A DNA stretch of 64,000 nucleotides from Clostridia bacterium (GCA_045635805.1 JAZTWI010000001.1:130103-194102), one strand, 5' to 3'. Shown: positions 37,788-48,350, counted from the first letter of the stretch. Numbers and translations: made by a program. Notes: generated by a model from the sequence alone, not told the origin.

Positions 37788-38849
37788 ATGGAGAAGAAGA
37801 CTAAAGAATATAATAGATATACCGTACTAGACGCTTTTAAGTGTTTTTTTTGGTTACTAATTGTGACAGCGTTGATATCAATAGCGTTTCAATTTGTACT
37901 ATTGATTGTTGCCAAATCTAAGGGGCTTGTTTATGCAGAATTGCTAGAGTCAGAGACAGTATCGCTTATTAGTTGTATTTTGTCGCCTGTGTCAATGATT
38001 GCATTTTTCTTTGTGTACAATGCCACTAGAAAAGTTAAAAATAGAGAAGCAATTACTGATGGTGAGAAGGTAAGCCTTCTTCCTATATCAATATCTATAG
38101 TTCTTGCAATTATTTGCATCTTCCTATTTACTCCATTCATGAATTTAATTAATATCCTATTTGAGAGTTCTGGATATGTTGTAGATAATACCTTGCCTTT
38201 GCAAGATAAGATGGCAAGTAGTACAGGATACTTCTTCTTAGGATTGTTTATTTTTGCATTTTTACCTGCTATTGCAGAAGAACTAATATTTAGGGGAATA
38301 ATCCAAACTAGTCTAGCATCTAAATACAAAGGTTTTGTTACAATTATAATTTCAACATTACTTTTTGTATTAATGCACGGCTCACTAAATCAAACAATTT
38401 ATCAATTTGTAGTAGGCGTTATGCTTAGTTACTTAGCGTTAGTTGGTGGTTCAGTTATTTACTCAATGATATTACACTTTTTAAATAACGCATTAGTAGT
38501 TGTATTTAGTTGTTTCGATATCGTATCATATCTTTCTGCTAGTGAAGCTGTTTACTACAATATTTTCAGTATGATTTTCCCATTTACAATCTTCCTACTA
38601 GGCGTAGCTCTAGTTGCTATTCTTTTCTGGGTACTTAAGTATTTGAGAAATAAGAATTTCTTTAGACTAGACGAGCATGGTAAATTTATAACTATAGATA
38701 AAGATGCTGTTGCTAAGATTAATGCTGAGAAGGTTGGGTTCAAGGGCTTCTTCTCTAGTATGACTTATAACGAAAAAATCTATTCGATTATTAGCTTTAT
38801 CATTATCATTGTTGTTTGGATATCTAATACCATAACAGGGTTTATGTAA
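37788..38849 (+). CDS. CPBP (CAAX/Abi) family intramembrane metalloprotease
   Basis: Polytopic membrane protein with EELIFRG, FVLMHG and HFLNN motifs. Confidence 0.8.
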   Translation: MEKKTKEYNRYTVLDAFKCFFWLLIVTALISIAFQFVLLIVAKSKGLVYAELLESETVSLISCILSPVSMIAFFFVYNATRKVKNREAITDGEKVSLLPISISIVLAIICIFLFTPFMNLINILFESSGYVVDNTLPLQDKMASSTGYFFLGLFIFAFLPAIAEELIFRGIIQTSLASKYKGFVTIIISTLLFVLMHGSLNQTIYQFVVGVMLSYLALVGGSVIYSMILHFLNNALVVVFSCFDIVSYLSASEAVYYNIFSMIFPFTIFLLGVALVAILFWVLKYLRNKNFFRLDEHGKFITIDKDAVAKINAEKVGFKGFFSSMTYNEKIYSIISFIIIIVVWISNTITGFM

Positions 38850-38874
38850 AAAATAATTAAAAAGTTTTAGGCAA

Positions 38875-40017
38875 ATGAAATACTACACAATAGAAAATAA
38901 AAACAAATCAATATTCAAAACCTTTGCTATATACTATATAGTAATGGTTATTTTTTGTTTGGTAAGGATTATTGCGTCTAATGGGGTATTCCCAGAAGGT
39001 AAGGCAGGTGAGATTATTTCATCTTGCATTATTCAGATTTTGATTTTGCTACTACTTCCGTTTTGCTTGTATTGTGTAATGTTAAAGGTTAAACCAAGAC
39101 AATTACTTAAGACCTGTAACTTCTTTAAATGTAATTACAAGGTAATTCTTATAAGTTTTGGAATAGGACTACTTTGTTTCTTTGTGAATCTAGCAGTTTC
39201 ATCACTATTTAATGGAATACTATCTTTCACAGGCTATGACTTTACTAAATTCTCGTCTGGTTCAGGCTCTGCCGATATGTCGGTTGGTAATTTCTTTATT
39301 GACTTATTCATAGTGGCAGTTCTTCCTGCTATATGCGAAGAAATATTGCATAGGGGAATTATATTACAGGGCACTAAACACGCTGGTTTTAAGAAGGCGA
39401 TTTTAATATCATCTATTTTATTTGCGCTTCTTCACTTCAATATTCAGCAAGTAGCTTATGCCTTTGTTATAGGTCTAATATTAGGCTTTGTTGCTGTTGT
39501 ATCAAAGAATATTTGGCCTGCAATTATTATACACTTTACTAATAATGCTATTAGCGTTTATCTAGACTATGCTGCTGCAAATGAGTGGTGGCTAGGTAAT
39601 ATAATGGAGACAATTCAGGCAGGTTTAACTTCTAATAACTCTGCAGCAATTTTCATCATATGTGTAGTTATCTTACTTGTTGTTATTGCGTTACTTTTCT
39701 TATTTGTATGGTTATTATTTAGGCAAAGTATGCTAAAGAAAGTATACAAAGCGATTGACGAAGTGTACGACACTAAATGTGGTACAGTCAAAGACTGTCC
39801 TGTAATGGTGAGCAAAAGAGAGATTAGGGGAGATATCATAGAGAATTGTACTCTACTTAACCTTGATTATCATAGTATGGAAAATCCTATTGACATAGTA
39901 ATGCCTAAAGAAAAGAGTAGATATAAGAGTATCCCTAAGGATAAAATCTTTATGTGGGGTGCTATTGTAATGGGGGCCCTAGTAACATTATTCACGTACA
40001 TTTGGGGACTACTATAA
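38875..40017 (+). CDS. CPBP (CAAX/Abi) family intramembrane metalloprotease, second tandem copy
   Basis: Polytopic membrane protein with EEILHRG, FALLHF and HFTNN motifs. Confidence 0.8.
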   Translation: MKYYTIENKNKSIFKTFAIYYIVMVIFCLVRIIASNGVFPEGKAGEIISSCIIQILILLLLPFCLYCVMLKVKPRQLLKTCNFFKCNYKVILISFGIGLLCFFVNLAVSSLFNGILSFTGYDFTKFSSGSGSADMSVGNFFIDLFIVAVLPAICEEILHRGIILQGTKHAGFKKAILISSILFALLHFNIQQVAYAFVIGLILGFVAVVSKNIWPAIIIHFTNNAISVYLDYAAANEWWLGNIMETIQAGLTSNNSAAIFIICVVILLVVIALLFLFVWLLFRQSMLKKVYKAIDEVYDTKCGTVKDCPVMVSKREIRGDIIENCTLLNLDYHSMENPIDIVMPKEKSRYKSIPKDKIFMWGAIVMGALVTLFTYIWGLL

Positions 40018-40487
40018 TGAAGATAAATATTGTAACAGTAGGAAACCTTAAAGAGAAATATCTAGTAGAAGCGTGTAAGGAATATCTAAAGAGATTATCT
40101 AGATATCATACAGTAAATATAATTGAGATAGACGAAGAGAAACTGCCTAAGAATTATTCCGAAGCAGATATATCAAAAGCCTTAGTTAAAGAAGGCAGTA
40201 GAATTATTAAATATCTGCTAGGATATGTAATCATTCTAGACCTAAAGGGACAGCAATTAGATAGTGTTGAATTTTCAAAAACCATAGAGAAAATATCTCT
40301 TTCTAGTGATACTATTACCTTCGTGATAGGTGGTAGTTATGGTATGAGCAATGAGATAAAATCTAGAGCAAATATGTCTATTTGTTTCTCAAAAATGACA
40401 TTTCCACATCAATTATTTAGAGTGATGCTACTCGAGCAGATATATAGAGCGGCTGCTATTAGCAATAATGTTCTTTATCATAAATAG
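40017..40487 (+). CDS. rlmH: 23S rRNA (pseudouridine1915-N3)-methyltransferase
   Basis: SPOUT RlmH pattern (MKINIVTVGNLK...IGGSYG...). The ATG overlaps the upstream stop (TAATG). Confidence 0.9.
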   Translation: MKINIVTVGNLKEKYLVEACKEYLKRLSRYHTVNIIEIDEEKLPKNYSEADISKALVKEGSRIIKYLLGYVIILDLKGQQLDSVEFSKTIEKISLSSDTITFVIGGSYGMSNEIKSRANMSICFSKMTFPHQLFRVMLLEQIYRAAAISNNVLYHK

Positions 40488-40496
40488 GATAAAATT

Positions 40497-40931
40497 ATGG
40501 ATAAACTTGACTATATGCGTCAGGCTATCGGAGAAGCAAGAAAAAGCCTAAAATCGGGCGACGTGCCTGTAGGTGCAGTAATTGTAAAAGATGGCGAAGT
40601 GATAGCTAAAGCATACAACCAAAGAGAAAAAACTCAAAAAACTATTGCCCATGCAGAAATATTAGCAATCGGTATCGCTAATAAAAAGGTGGGCAATTTT
40701 AGACTAGACAACTGTGAGATATATGTAACAAAAGAGCCTTGCCTTATGTGTATGGGTGCTATTCTTAGCAGTAGAATAAATAAAATTTATTATGGCGCAA
40801 AGGATAAAAGATTTGGTACAGAATATTTAGCAAAAGATAATAACTTTAATCACAAATGCGAAATCGAAGGTGGGGTGCTCAGTCCTGAGTGTGAAGAATT
40901 GCTCACAAGTTTTTTTAAAAGTATTAGGTGA
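40497..40931 (+). CDS. tadA: tRNA-specific adenosine deaminase
   Basis: HAEILAI and PCLMCMGAI zinc-binding deaminase motifs. Confidence 0.9.
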   Translation: MDKLDYMRQAIGEARKSLKSGDVPVGAVIVKDGEVIAKAYNQREKTQKTIAHAEILAIGIANKKVGNFRLDNCEIYVTKEPCLMCMGAILSSRINKIYYGAKDKRFGTEYLAKDNNFNHKCEIEGGVLSPECEELLTSFFKSIR

Positions 40932-40934
40932 TAA

Positions 40935-41828
40935 ATGGCTTTAACATTAGACAAAATAAAAATACAACCAATTAAGGTGGCAATCAATAAGTCTTTTATG
41001 GTGCTTATATTAGATGTTGTTGCTAAAAATAATAGTAATCTTAAGCTACTAGGTAGAGAGCCTAAGTTTTGGGTAAAGTTTGCAAGTAGGAATTACCCAA
41101 GTAAGATTATAGACTATAGTGTCGGAGATAACATACTAGAGACCATTGAGAAACACATAGATGATAAGTATGATTACACTATTGTATTACTATCATATAC
41201 GCCACTACTCGAAGCAAGAGATATAGAAGAGCTCAAAGACTATGCTACATATAAAGGGGTTAATCTATGTAAATTGCCTGTGGGCTATATTGTAAATAAT
41301 CAGTATTACAAAAGTACCAAAGAGTATATGGTAGACAGTGTGTACACGAGTGGTGCTGATAATTTTTATATTGTTGAGAATAAGAAACAATATAAATATG
41401 CACTAGAGATTTTACAAGATAGAATAAACAACTTTCATATAGATAATGGAGTGGAGATAGTTAAACCTAGTTCTGTCTATATTGAGCCAGAAGTAGATAT
41501 TGCAGACGGGGTTTCTATTCAGCCTAGAGTGTCTCTAAAGGGGAGCTCTATTATAGGTGCTGATACAATTATAAAAGACGGCGCAGTGATAGAAAATACC
41601 ACCATAGGTAGTAATTGCTTTATAGGTGGTGCTGAGATAGAAAATAGTAATATCGAAAATGGTGTTTGTGTGGGAAGTTTCTGTAATATTGTTAATTGTA
41701 AAATAGGTAGTAATGCAACTATCGAGTCTGGCTGTAATCTAAATGGCTGTAAGATAAAGTCTGGAGAAAAAATAAAAGCGAATACTAATGTAGGAGATAC
41801 AAATGATAGCAGTAGTGGGACTAGGTAA
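40935..41828 (+). CDS. GlmU-like protein (N-terminal NTP-transferase-like fold plus a short LbH region) with degenerate catalytic motifs
   Basis: Colinear with GlmU as remembered: LLSYTPLL versus LYGDVPLI, and ..NGVEIVKPSSVYIEPEVDI.DGV.I.P.V.LKG followed by hexapeptide repeats. The glycine-rich LAAGKGTRM loop is replaced by LDVVAKNNS. The gene sits where glmU lies upstream of pth-mfd in Bacillus. Confidence 0.55.
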   Translation: MALTLDKIKIQPIKVAINKSFMVLILDVVAKNNSNLKLLGREPKFWVKFASRNYPSKIIDYSVGDNILETIEKHIDDKYDYTIVLLSYTPLLEARDIEELKDYATYKGVNLCKLPVGYIVNNQYYKSTKEYMVDSVYTSGADNFYIVENKKQYKYALEILQDRINNFHIDNGVEIVKPSSVYIEPEVDIADGVSIQPRVSLKGSSIIGADTIIKDGAVIENTTIGSNCFIGGAEIENSNIENGVCVGSFCNIVNCKIGSNATIESGCNLNGCKIKSGEKIKANTNVGDTNDSSSGTR

Positions 41829-42357
41829 TCCTGGTAAGAATTACGATAAAACCGTGCATAATATGGGCTATATGGCTATAGATTTTTTTGCGGACAAACA
41901 CTCAGTATCTTTTACTAAGAATAAATACTTTGGTAGAGTGGCAGAAACTATGGTTGCAGGAGAAAAGGTAATTCTTCTAAAGCCTGAAACCTTTATGAAC
42001 CTTAGTGGTAAGAGTGTAGAAGACTTAGTTCACTCGCTAAAATTAGATATAGAAAAGGTGCTAGTACTTGTAGATGATATAGATTTAGATTTTGCTAAAT
42101 TTAGAGTGAGAGCAAAGGGTAGTGCTGGTACACATAATGGGTTAAGAGATATTGTTCATAGATTAGGCGAAAATTTTCCTAGAGTGAGAATAGGTGTAGG
42201 AAAGCCTGAATTTGGCGACCTTATGTCTTATGTTCTTAGCCGTGTTTCAGATAATAAAATAAAAGAATTAGACACAACTTTTGAGAAAGTAAGCAAAGTT
42301 ATAGAATATTTTGCAGAGAAAAAAACAGTAGAAGGCATAGATATTAATAAATTATAA
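41803..42357 (+). CDS. pth: Peptidyl-tRNA hydrolase
   Basis: VGLGNPG...HN.G N-terminus, with GTHNGLRDI. Confidence 0.95.
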   Translation: MIAVVGLGNPGKNYDKTVHNMGYMAIDFFADKHSVSFTKNKYFGRVAETMVAGEKVILLKPETFMNLSGKSVEDLVHSLKLDIEKVLVLVDDIDLDFAKFRVRAKGSAGTHNGLRDIVHRLGENFPRVRIGVGKPEFGDLMSYVLSRVSDNKIKELDTTFEKVSKVIEYFAEKKTVEGIDINKL

Positions 42358-45300
42358 TGTTCACTAGATTTATGGGAGATGGCAATTTCAAAATCCTATT
42401 AAATTCTATTAATGATGGCGAAAATTGCACAGTGTTTGGCTTAAATAAAGGAGAAAAATTAGCAGTTGTAGAGAGTGCTAATTTCCTTTTTTATATAGTT
42501 GACTCTGTAGATAATCTAAATCCTGTATATGATAGTCTAATAGCCCTTGGCAGAAGGTGTGAGATATTGTGTGAACCACTTAATATCTTTAGTAGTGAAT
42601 TTACTAGTAGCGAGAAAATTCTGCGTACGTTATATAGACTAAAAAATAACGAGATAGACACTATAGTTATGACACCTGAGATACTCGCAGAGAAATTTAT
42701 TGATAAGTCTGCTTTAGATATTCTCAAAATCAAAGTTGGTGATGAGCTATCTATGCAGGGTATTAGTGGTAGACTTATATCTTTAGGGTATAAAAAAGTA
42801 GACCTAGTAACTAACCCTGGCGATTTCTCTACAAGGGGAGAAGTATTAGATATCTATCCACTACTTGGAGAGCCAACTAGAATTATAACTGACTTTGATA
42901 CAGTAGAGTCTATTAAATATTATAATGCAGTAACAATGCTATCTAATAAGTCTCTCACAGAAGTAGAAATTCCACTGTTCAAATTCTACTCTTGTGATGA
43001 AAAGTCTGTCAGTGAGTATTATTTAAAAAATGGCTATAAGAAGGACTCTTTATACTATGAAATTGTAGACAATCTTCATAGTATAGATTACAAGAATATT
43101 GTCTTTGATGGTAGAATTAATAGTAGTATTTTTGACTATGTAAATGACGCTACTATTGTGTACGATGGTGCTAGAAATATATATGAAAAATTAAGTAACT
43201 ACATTACTGACTTTAATGGTAAGATTAAAGCTCTAGACAAAGGCTGGAGTAAACTATGCTTAAGTCAGGCTAGAGATGTTTCTTCGGTATTAGAATCAAC
43301 CAAGAAACATACATTACTTGCCTATCAACATATTAATCAGGCTAATAGATTATTTTCGTCAAATAGGGTATTTAGTATTAGAACTCTTCCTGCAGTAAAT
43401 TATGTTAGACACTTATCTGTACTTGCTATGGATATTGGAAACTATTCAAAGTCGGGCTATACTATTATACTATGTGCAGGTAACGATAATAATAGGTTAA
43501 GACTAGCTGAAGAATTAGAAAGACTAGGTATTAGTACGCATAGTTTTGATAGGATTTCTCAGTGTATAAAGGCTGCAGTAAATATTGTACCTAGAAACTA
43601 TCCTTTAGATATTCTTCTTCCGGAAGAAAAGTTAATTGTAGTATCTACAAATAATTTATTTGGTATTAAAAAACACATTATAGAGAAAGAAAGTGCCTTC
43701 TTTGATGGAGAAACACCTAAAAATGGAGATTATATAGTTCATAATTTTCACGGTGTAGGTAAATGCTTGGGTGTAGAGACACTTAAACTAAGCGATGGTT
43801 ACAGAGATTATGTAATACTAGAGTATAAGAATAATGATAAATTATATCTACCTGTAGAAAACTTAGACCAGGTATCTAAGTATGTAGGTGGAGAGACTAC
43901 TCCCGTGCTTAATAAAATTGGTGGCGTAGAATTTGCTAAAACTAAGGCAAGAGTAAAGTCTGCTGTTAAGAAAATAGCTTTTGATTTGATTGCTCTATAT
44001 AGAGATAGATTAAATATGAAGGGCTACACATATCCAGAAGATATGGACATGCAAGTAGACTTTGAGAGAGCATTTGAATTTGATGAGACCGAAGACCAAA
44101 AGATGGCTATAAATGACTGCAAAAGCGATATGCAGAGTGGTAGAGTAATGGACAGATTGGTTTGTGGAGATGTAGGCTTTGGTAAGACCGAAGTGGCCCT
44201 TAGAATTGCTTTTAAAACAATTCTCTCTGGTAAGCAAGTAGCACTCCTTTGTCCAACAACTATTCTTAGCGAACAGCACTATAATACTGCAATGGCTAGA
44301 ATGTCGCAGTTTGGTGTAAAGGTGGCAGTGCTTAATAGGCTTAAAACTCCTAAACAGGTTGAGCAGATTAAGAAGGAAATAGGTGAAGGCAAAATAGACT
44401 TGATTTGTGGTACACATAAACTGCTTTCAAACGATATTAACTATAAAAATTTAGGGCTCTTAATACTAGACGAAGAGCAAAAATTCGGCGTTGCAGACAA
44501 AGAAAAAATCAAGAATATAAAGAAGCAGGTTAATGTTTTAACACTATCTGCAACACCAATACCTAGGACATTAAATATGGCACTTATGGGTATTAGAGAT
44601 ATCTCTGTTATTCAAACTGCGCCTGTGCAGAGACAGTCATCAATTGTGACTGTATGTGAGTATAGTGAGACGATGTTAAAGGACGCTATTTCTAAGGAAT
44701 TAGATAGAGATGGACAAGTCCTAATTGTATATAATAGAGTAGAGAGTATATATAATTTTTCTGGCTATATTTCTTCACTTTTTGAAGGTGTCAGGGTGTC
44801 TGTTGCACACGGACAAATGATGGCCAACGAACTAGAAAAAGAGATTTTTGATTTGTATTCGGGTAAGACTAAAATACTAGTTTCTACCACCCTTATAGAA
44901 AATGGTGTGGACCTACCTAATGCTAATACACTCATTGTTATTAATGCTGACACACTAGGACTATCTCAGTTATATCAATTAAAGGGAAGAATAGGAAGGT
45001 CAGATAAACTTGCCTTTGCGTACTTTACATTTGATAGAACTAAAAACTTATCTGAGACTGCATATAAGAGACTACAAGCCATCGAAGAATTTAGTGAGAT
45101 GGGTAGTGGATTTAAGATTGCTATGAGAGACCTAGAGATTAGGGGTGCTGGTTCAGTTCTTGGACTCGAGCAGAGTGGGCACATTGAGAGAGTTGGATAC
45201 AATATGTATGTCCAGATGCTAGGAGATACTATTAAAGAATTAAAGGGCGAATCTGTTGCAGAGAAATTAGACATAAGGGTAGAGACTAATCTGTCTGCAT

Positions 45301-45701
45301 ATTTACCTAAAGACTATGTGGAGAGTATGACGCGTAGAATGTCTATGTATAGAGAGATTGCTGCGCTTGATACTATGGAGAAGATGTTAAAATTCCTGCA
45401 GGACACAGAGTCTGTATACGGAGAACTTCCTGATGCGCTGATTAATCTATGTAAGATTTCGCTTATTAAGAATTTATGTGGAAGAATTGGGGCTACTAGA
45501 GTGGTAATCAAAGGCACAGCAAAAATAGTTCTACAATCTAAAGAAAACCTAAACAAAAGTATTCTAGATGCGTGTGATATGTATAGTGATAATATTAGAC
45601 TAGATTTGAGTACTCTTCCTGCTATAGAAATAATAAATATAGGCAAAAATGAAATATTGGATTTTATATTAAATTATCTACAATTACTCACAAATTGTTA
45701 A
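42357..45701 (+). CDS. mfd: Transcription-repair coupling factor
   Basis: UvrB-homology N-terminus, a CarD/RID-like segment, and SF2 motifs (GDVGFGKTEVA, DEEQKFG). A TRG-type region is present and the length is 1114 aa. Confidence 0.95.
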   Translation: MFTRFMGDGNFKILLNSINDGENCTVFGLNKGEKLAVVESANFLFYIVDSVDNLNPVYDSLIALGRRCEILCEPLNIFSSEFTSSEKILRTLYRLKNNEIDTIVMTPEILAEKFIDKSALDILKIKVGDELSMQGISGRLISLGYKKVDLVTNPGDFSTRGEVLDIYPLLGEPTRIITDFDTVESIKYYNAVTMLSNKSLTEVEIPLFKFYSCDEKSVSEYYLKNGYKKDSLYYEIVDNLHSIDYKNIVFDGRINSSIFDYVNDATIVYDGARNIYEKLSNYITDFNGKIKALDKGWSKLCLSQARDVSSVLESTKKHTLLAYQHINQANRLFSSNRVFSIRTLPAVNYVRHLSVLAMDIGNYSKSGYTIILCAGNDNNRLRLAEELERLGISTHSFDRISQCIKAAVNIVPRNYPLDILLPEEKLIVVSTNNLFGIKKHIIEKESAFFDGETPKNGDYIVHNFHGVGKCLGVETLKLSDGYRDYVILEYKNNDKLYLPVENLDQVSKYVGGETTPVLNKIGGVEFAKTKARVKSAVKKIAFDLIALYRDRLNMKGYTYPEDMDMQVDFERAFEFDETEDQKMAINDCKSDMQSGRVMDRLVCGDVGFGKTEVALRIAFKTILSGKQVALLCPTTILSEQHYNTAMARMSQFGVKVAVLNRLKTPKQVEQIKKEIGEGKIDLICGTHKLLSNDINYKNLGLLILDEEQKFGVADKEKIKNIKKQVNVLTLSATPIPRTLNMALMGIRDISVIQTAPVQRQSSIVTVCEYSETMLKDAISKELDRDGQVLIVYNRVESIYNFSGYISSLFEGVRVSVAHGQMMANELEKEIFDLYSGKTKILVSTTLIENGVDLPNANTLIVINADTLGLSQLYQLKGRIGRSDKLAFAYFTFDRTKNLSETAYKRLQAIEEFSEMGSGFKIAMRDLEIRGAGSVLGLEQSGHIERVGYNMYVQMLGDTIKELKGESVAEKLDIRVETNLSAYLPKDYVESMTRRMSMYREIAALDTMEKMLKFLQDTESVYGELPDALINLCKISLIKNLCGRIGATRVVIKGTAKIVLQSKENLNKSILDACDMYSDNIRLDLSTLPAIEIINIGKNEILDFILNYLQLLTNC

Positions 45702-45768
45702 AAATATTTGCAATTTGGTTATTATTATAGTAGAATAGATAAGTACAATTATATATGAGAGGCAAACC

Positions 45769-47433
45769 GTGAAAAAATTATTTAGAAAAATACTAACTGC
45801 ATGTGGTGCATTGGTACTTAGTTTAGTACTACTTTCTGGTTGTAGTTGGGCGAAAATAGATAATACTAGATACTATAATCAATTAATTGCAACAGTAGGT
45901 GATATGGAATTCAATAAGAAAGACCTACTAGATGCATTTAATAACTATGGTTATCAGTACTATCAAAACTATGGCTACGATATGGAAGCAGCAATCGATG
46001 AGACAATCAATAGTATGATTGATAGAGCGTTGCTATTAAAGGAAGTTAAAACACAAGTAGTTCTAACTCCAGAAGAAGAATTAGAAGTTAGAAGAGCAGC
46101 ATTTGATTATATGCAAGATACCATCTTTGATTACGAAGAGAAAGTAAGAAAAGAGTGGGATATGGAACTTAAAACCGAAGAGCCAGAAGAGACAGAATCT
46201 CTAAGGGTTGCTGAAGAAGAGTATAAACCAACAACCACATACGAAAATGGTATTGTAAAAATCGTAGAAGAGGAAGAAGAGCCTGTATTTGTAGGTGATA
46301 TCACTTCAGACACTCATTTCTCTAAATCAATGATGATAGTAACAGATACTAGAGTTTCTAACGAAGCTTGGACTAGATATGTAAAAGCACTTCAAGACGC
46401 GGCTAAGGCAGAAGGTAGAGATTATACAGAGTCAGCTGTACTTCTTTACGAAGAAGAGAGACTAATCGAACAATTAAGAGATAATAAGTATCTTACTAAG
46501 TTTAAAAATGAGTATAAGGCAAAAATGCCTGTAGATGTATCTTCTATCCTAGATACTTATAGAAGAAAATATATTGCAGCGAAGGCTGATTATACAGCAG
46601 ATGAGAGTTTATATCATGCTGCTATGAAAGAATCATCTACAAACTTTATTTATTATCACCCAAATAGTGGTAATGAGTATGTAAATGTTAAACATATTCT
46701 TATTAAGTTCAATGATGCACAAACTGCAGAAGTTGAAACTCTAAAGAAACAATATGGTATTACAGGCGAAGCAGAGAAGGATGAGAAAAATCCAGACTAT
46801 GCTGAGTACGAAGCAAGATTAAATGAGATTGCAGAAGTTACAACATCTACATTTGAATTAGATGGCGAAACATACACTTGGACAGTAAACCAAGTTTACA
46901 ATTATGTTAAGAGTCAAGTTACAGGTACACACAAAGAAAGAAGTGTTAAATTCAACAAACTTATTTACGTATTCAATGATGACGAAGGTATGATGAATAG
47001 TGAATTTGACTATGTTGTAAATCTAGACACAGAAGTTCAAGACCAGATGGTTAAACCTTTTGCTGATGGTGTTAGAGCACTAGACACATCTAATGGTGGC
47101 GAAGGTGCAGGTTCTATGGATATGATTCTTAGTGAGTATGGATATCACATCATATTCCACGACGGCAATGCTAAAAATTTAGTTGATGAGAATAATATTA
47201 ATTCTATCTCAAATGAACAATTACTAGAATTGCTATGTACAACAACTACAACTCCAGACTCTAATAAAACAATCTTTAACTATCTATACGATAATGGTGG
47301 AACTATTGATGCTGACAAGGCATATAACAATATGACTGCAGAATTAGTACAAGACCTAAGAAATCAATTAAAACAAGACAATATTACTATTAAAATTTAC
47401 GTAAAGAATTACGAAGATTTATTAGAAGAATAA
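45769..47433 (+). CDS. PrsA/SurA-like peptidyl-prolyl isomerase lipoprotein (parvulin domain)
   Basis: Lipobox LLSGC and a parvulin-like VKHILIKF...GYHII region. GTG start. Confidence 0.65.
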   Translation: MKKLFRKILTACGALVLSLVLLSGCSWAKIDNTRYYNQLIATVGDMEFNKKDLLDAFNNYGYQYYQNYGYDMEAAIDETINSMIDRALLLKEVKTQVVLTPEEELEVRRAAFDYMQDTIFDYEEKVRKEWDMELKTEEPEETESLRVAEEEYKPTTTYENGIVKIVEEEEEPVFVGDITSDTHFSKSMMIVTDTRVSNEAWTRYVKALQDAAKAEGRDYTESAVLLYEEERLIEQLRDNKYLTKFKNEYKAKMPVDVSSILDTYRRKYIAAKADYTADESLYHAAMKESSTNFIYYHPNSGNEYVNVKHILIKFNDAQTAEVETLKKQYGITGEAEKDEKNPDYAEYEARLNEIAEVTTSTFELDGETYTWTVNQVYNYVKSQVTGTHKERSVKFNKLIYVFNDDEGMMNSEFDYVVNLDTEVQDQMVKPFADGVRALDTSNGGEGAGSMDMILSEYGYHIIFHDGNAKNLVDENNINSISNEQLLELLCTTTTTPDSNKTIFNYLYDNGGTIDADKAYNNMTAELVQDLRNQLKQDNITIKIYVKNYEDLLEE

Positions 47434-47442
47434 AAAAAGAAA

Positions 47443-47473
47443 AATACTTAGATTTGCTCTAAGTATTTTTTTT
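47443..47473. terminator. Bidirectional terminator
   Basis: Stem AATACTTAGA/TCTAAGTATT (10 bp), 5-nt loop, T run. Confidence 0.65.
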
Positions 47474-47485
47474 GTTTTTTATCTA

Positions 47486-48271
47486 TTATTTTTTAGTTTT
47501 CTTTACAGCGTTTACTACGTTTTCTAGGGTGTTTGAACTACCAAATGCATTTAGTACTTCGATAGGTACTGTAAAGATAATAGTATTTGACTGGTCAGAT
47601 GATAAGTCATTAATAGTAGATAGTGTTCTTAGGTGTAGTGCTCCTGGTGCTTGAGAAAGTTGAGTTGCTGCTTTTGCTAAGTTTTCAGATGCTTCTAATT
47701 CACCTTTAGATTTAGTAATAACAGCCAATTTCTCTCTTTCTGCTTCTGCAACTTTAGCGATAACTCTCTGCATATCAACAGGTAATGCAATATCTTTAAG
47801 TTCAACGTTTTGGATTTTTACACCCCATTCGTCAGTTGCTTTGTCTACGATAGAACAGATATTATCGGAAATATGTTCTCTCTCTACTAGTAATTCGTCA
47901 AGTGTAACAGAACCTACAATGTTTCTCATTGTTGTTTGTGCTAGTTGTGTTACAGCATAGTGATAATTTTCGATTGCAAGTACTGCTTTCTTTGCATCAA
48001 AGATATTATAGTAGATAACTGCATTAATTTTAACAGTTACATTATCTTTTGTAATAGCGTCCTGTTCTGGAACGTCAATAACTTTTACTCTTATATCGAT
48101 TTTTTTAAAAGACTCGAATATAGGTAAAATTATATGCCAACCAGGATTAAGAACAGTTTTAAATTTACCTCTAGCAAATTTAATGCCTCTCTCATATTCG
48201 CTAACCTGTCTAATTGAGCAAAGTAAAATTACTACAATCAATATGGCTAAAAAAATTAAAAAACCTATCAT
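47486..48271 (-). CDS. SPFH/band-7 (stomatin/prohibitin-like) membrane protein
   Basis: N-terminal TM segment, an SPFH core (...RVKVIDVPEQDAITKDNV...) and a coiled-coil AEAEREK segment. Confidence 0.85.
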   Translation of the reverse strand: MIGFLIFLAILIVVILLCSIRQVSEYERGIKFARGKFKTVLNPGWHIILPIFESFKKIDIRVKVIDVPEQDAITKDNVTVKINAVIYYNIFDAKKAVLAIENYHYAVTQLAQTTMRNIVGSVTLDELLVEREHISDNICSIVDKATDEWGVKIQNVELKDIALPVDMQRVIAKVAEAEREKLAVITKSKGELEASENLAKAATQLSQAPGALHLRTLSTINDLSSDQSNTIIFTVPIEVLNAFGSSNTLENVVNAVKKTKK

Positions 48272-48313
48272 ATTATGTCTCCTTTTTAGTATTTATTAAA
48301 GTGTACCATAAAT

Positions 48314-48350
48314 ATTTAAAAAAAAGAAGTAAATATACATATTTGCTTCT
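48314..48350 (-). terminator. Intrinsic terminator after the pseudouridine synthase gene
   Basis: An 11-bp AU-rich stem (AGAAGCAAATA/TATTTACTTCT with one G-U) followed by a U run on the minus strand. Confidence 0.45.
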
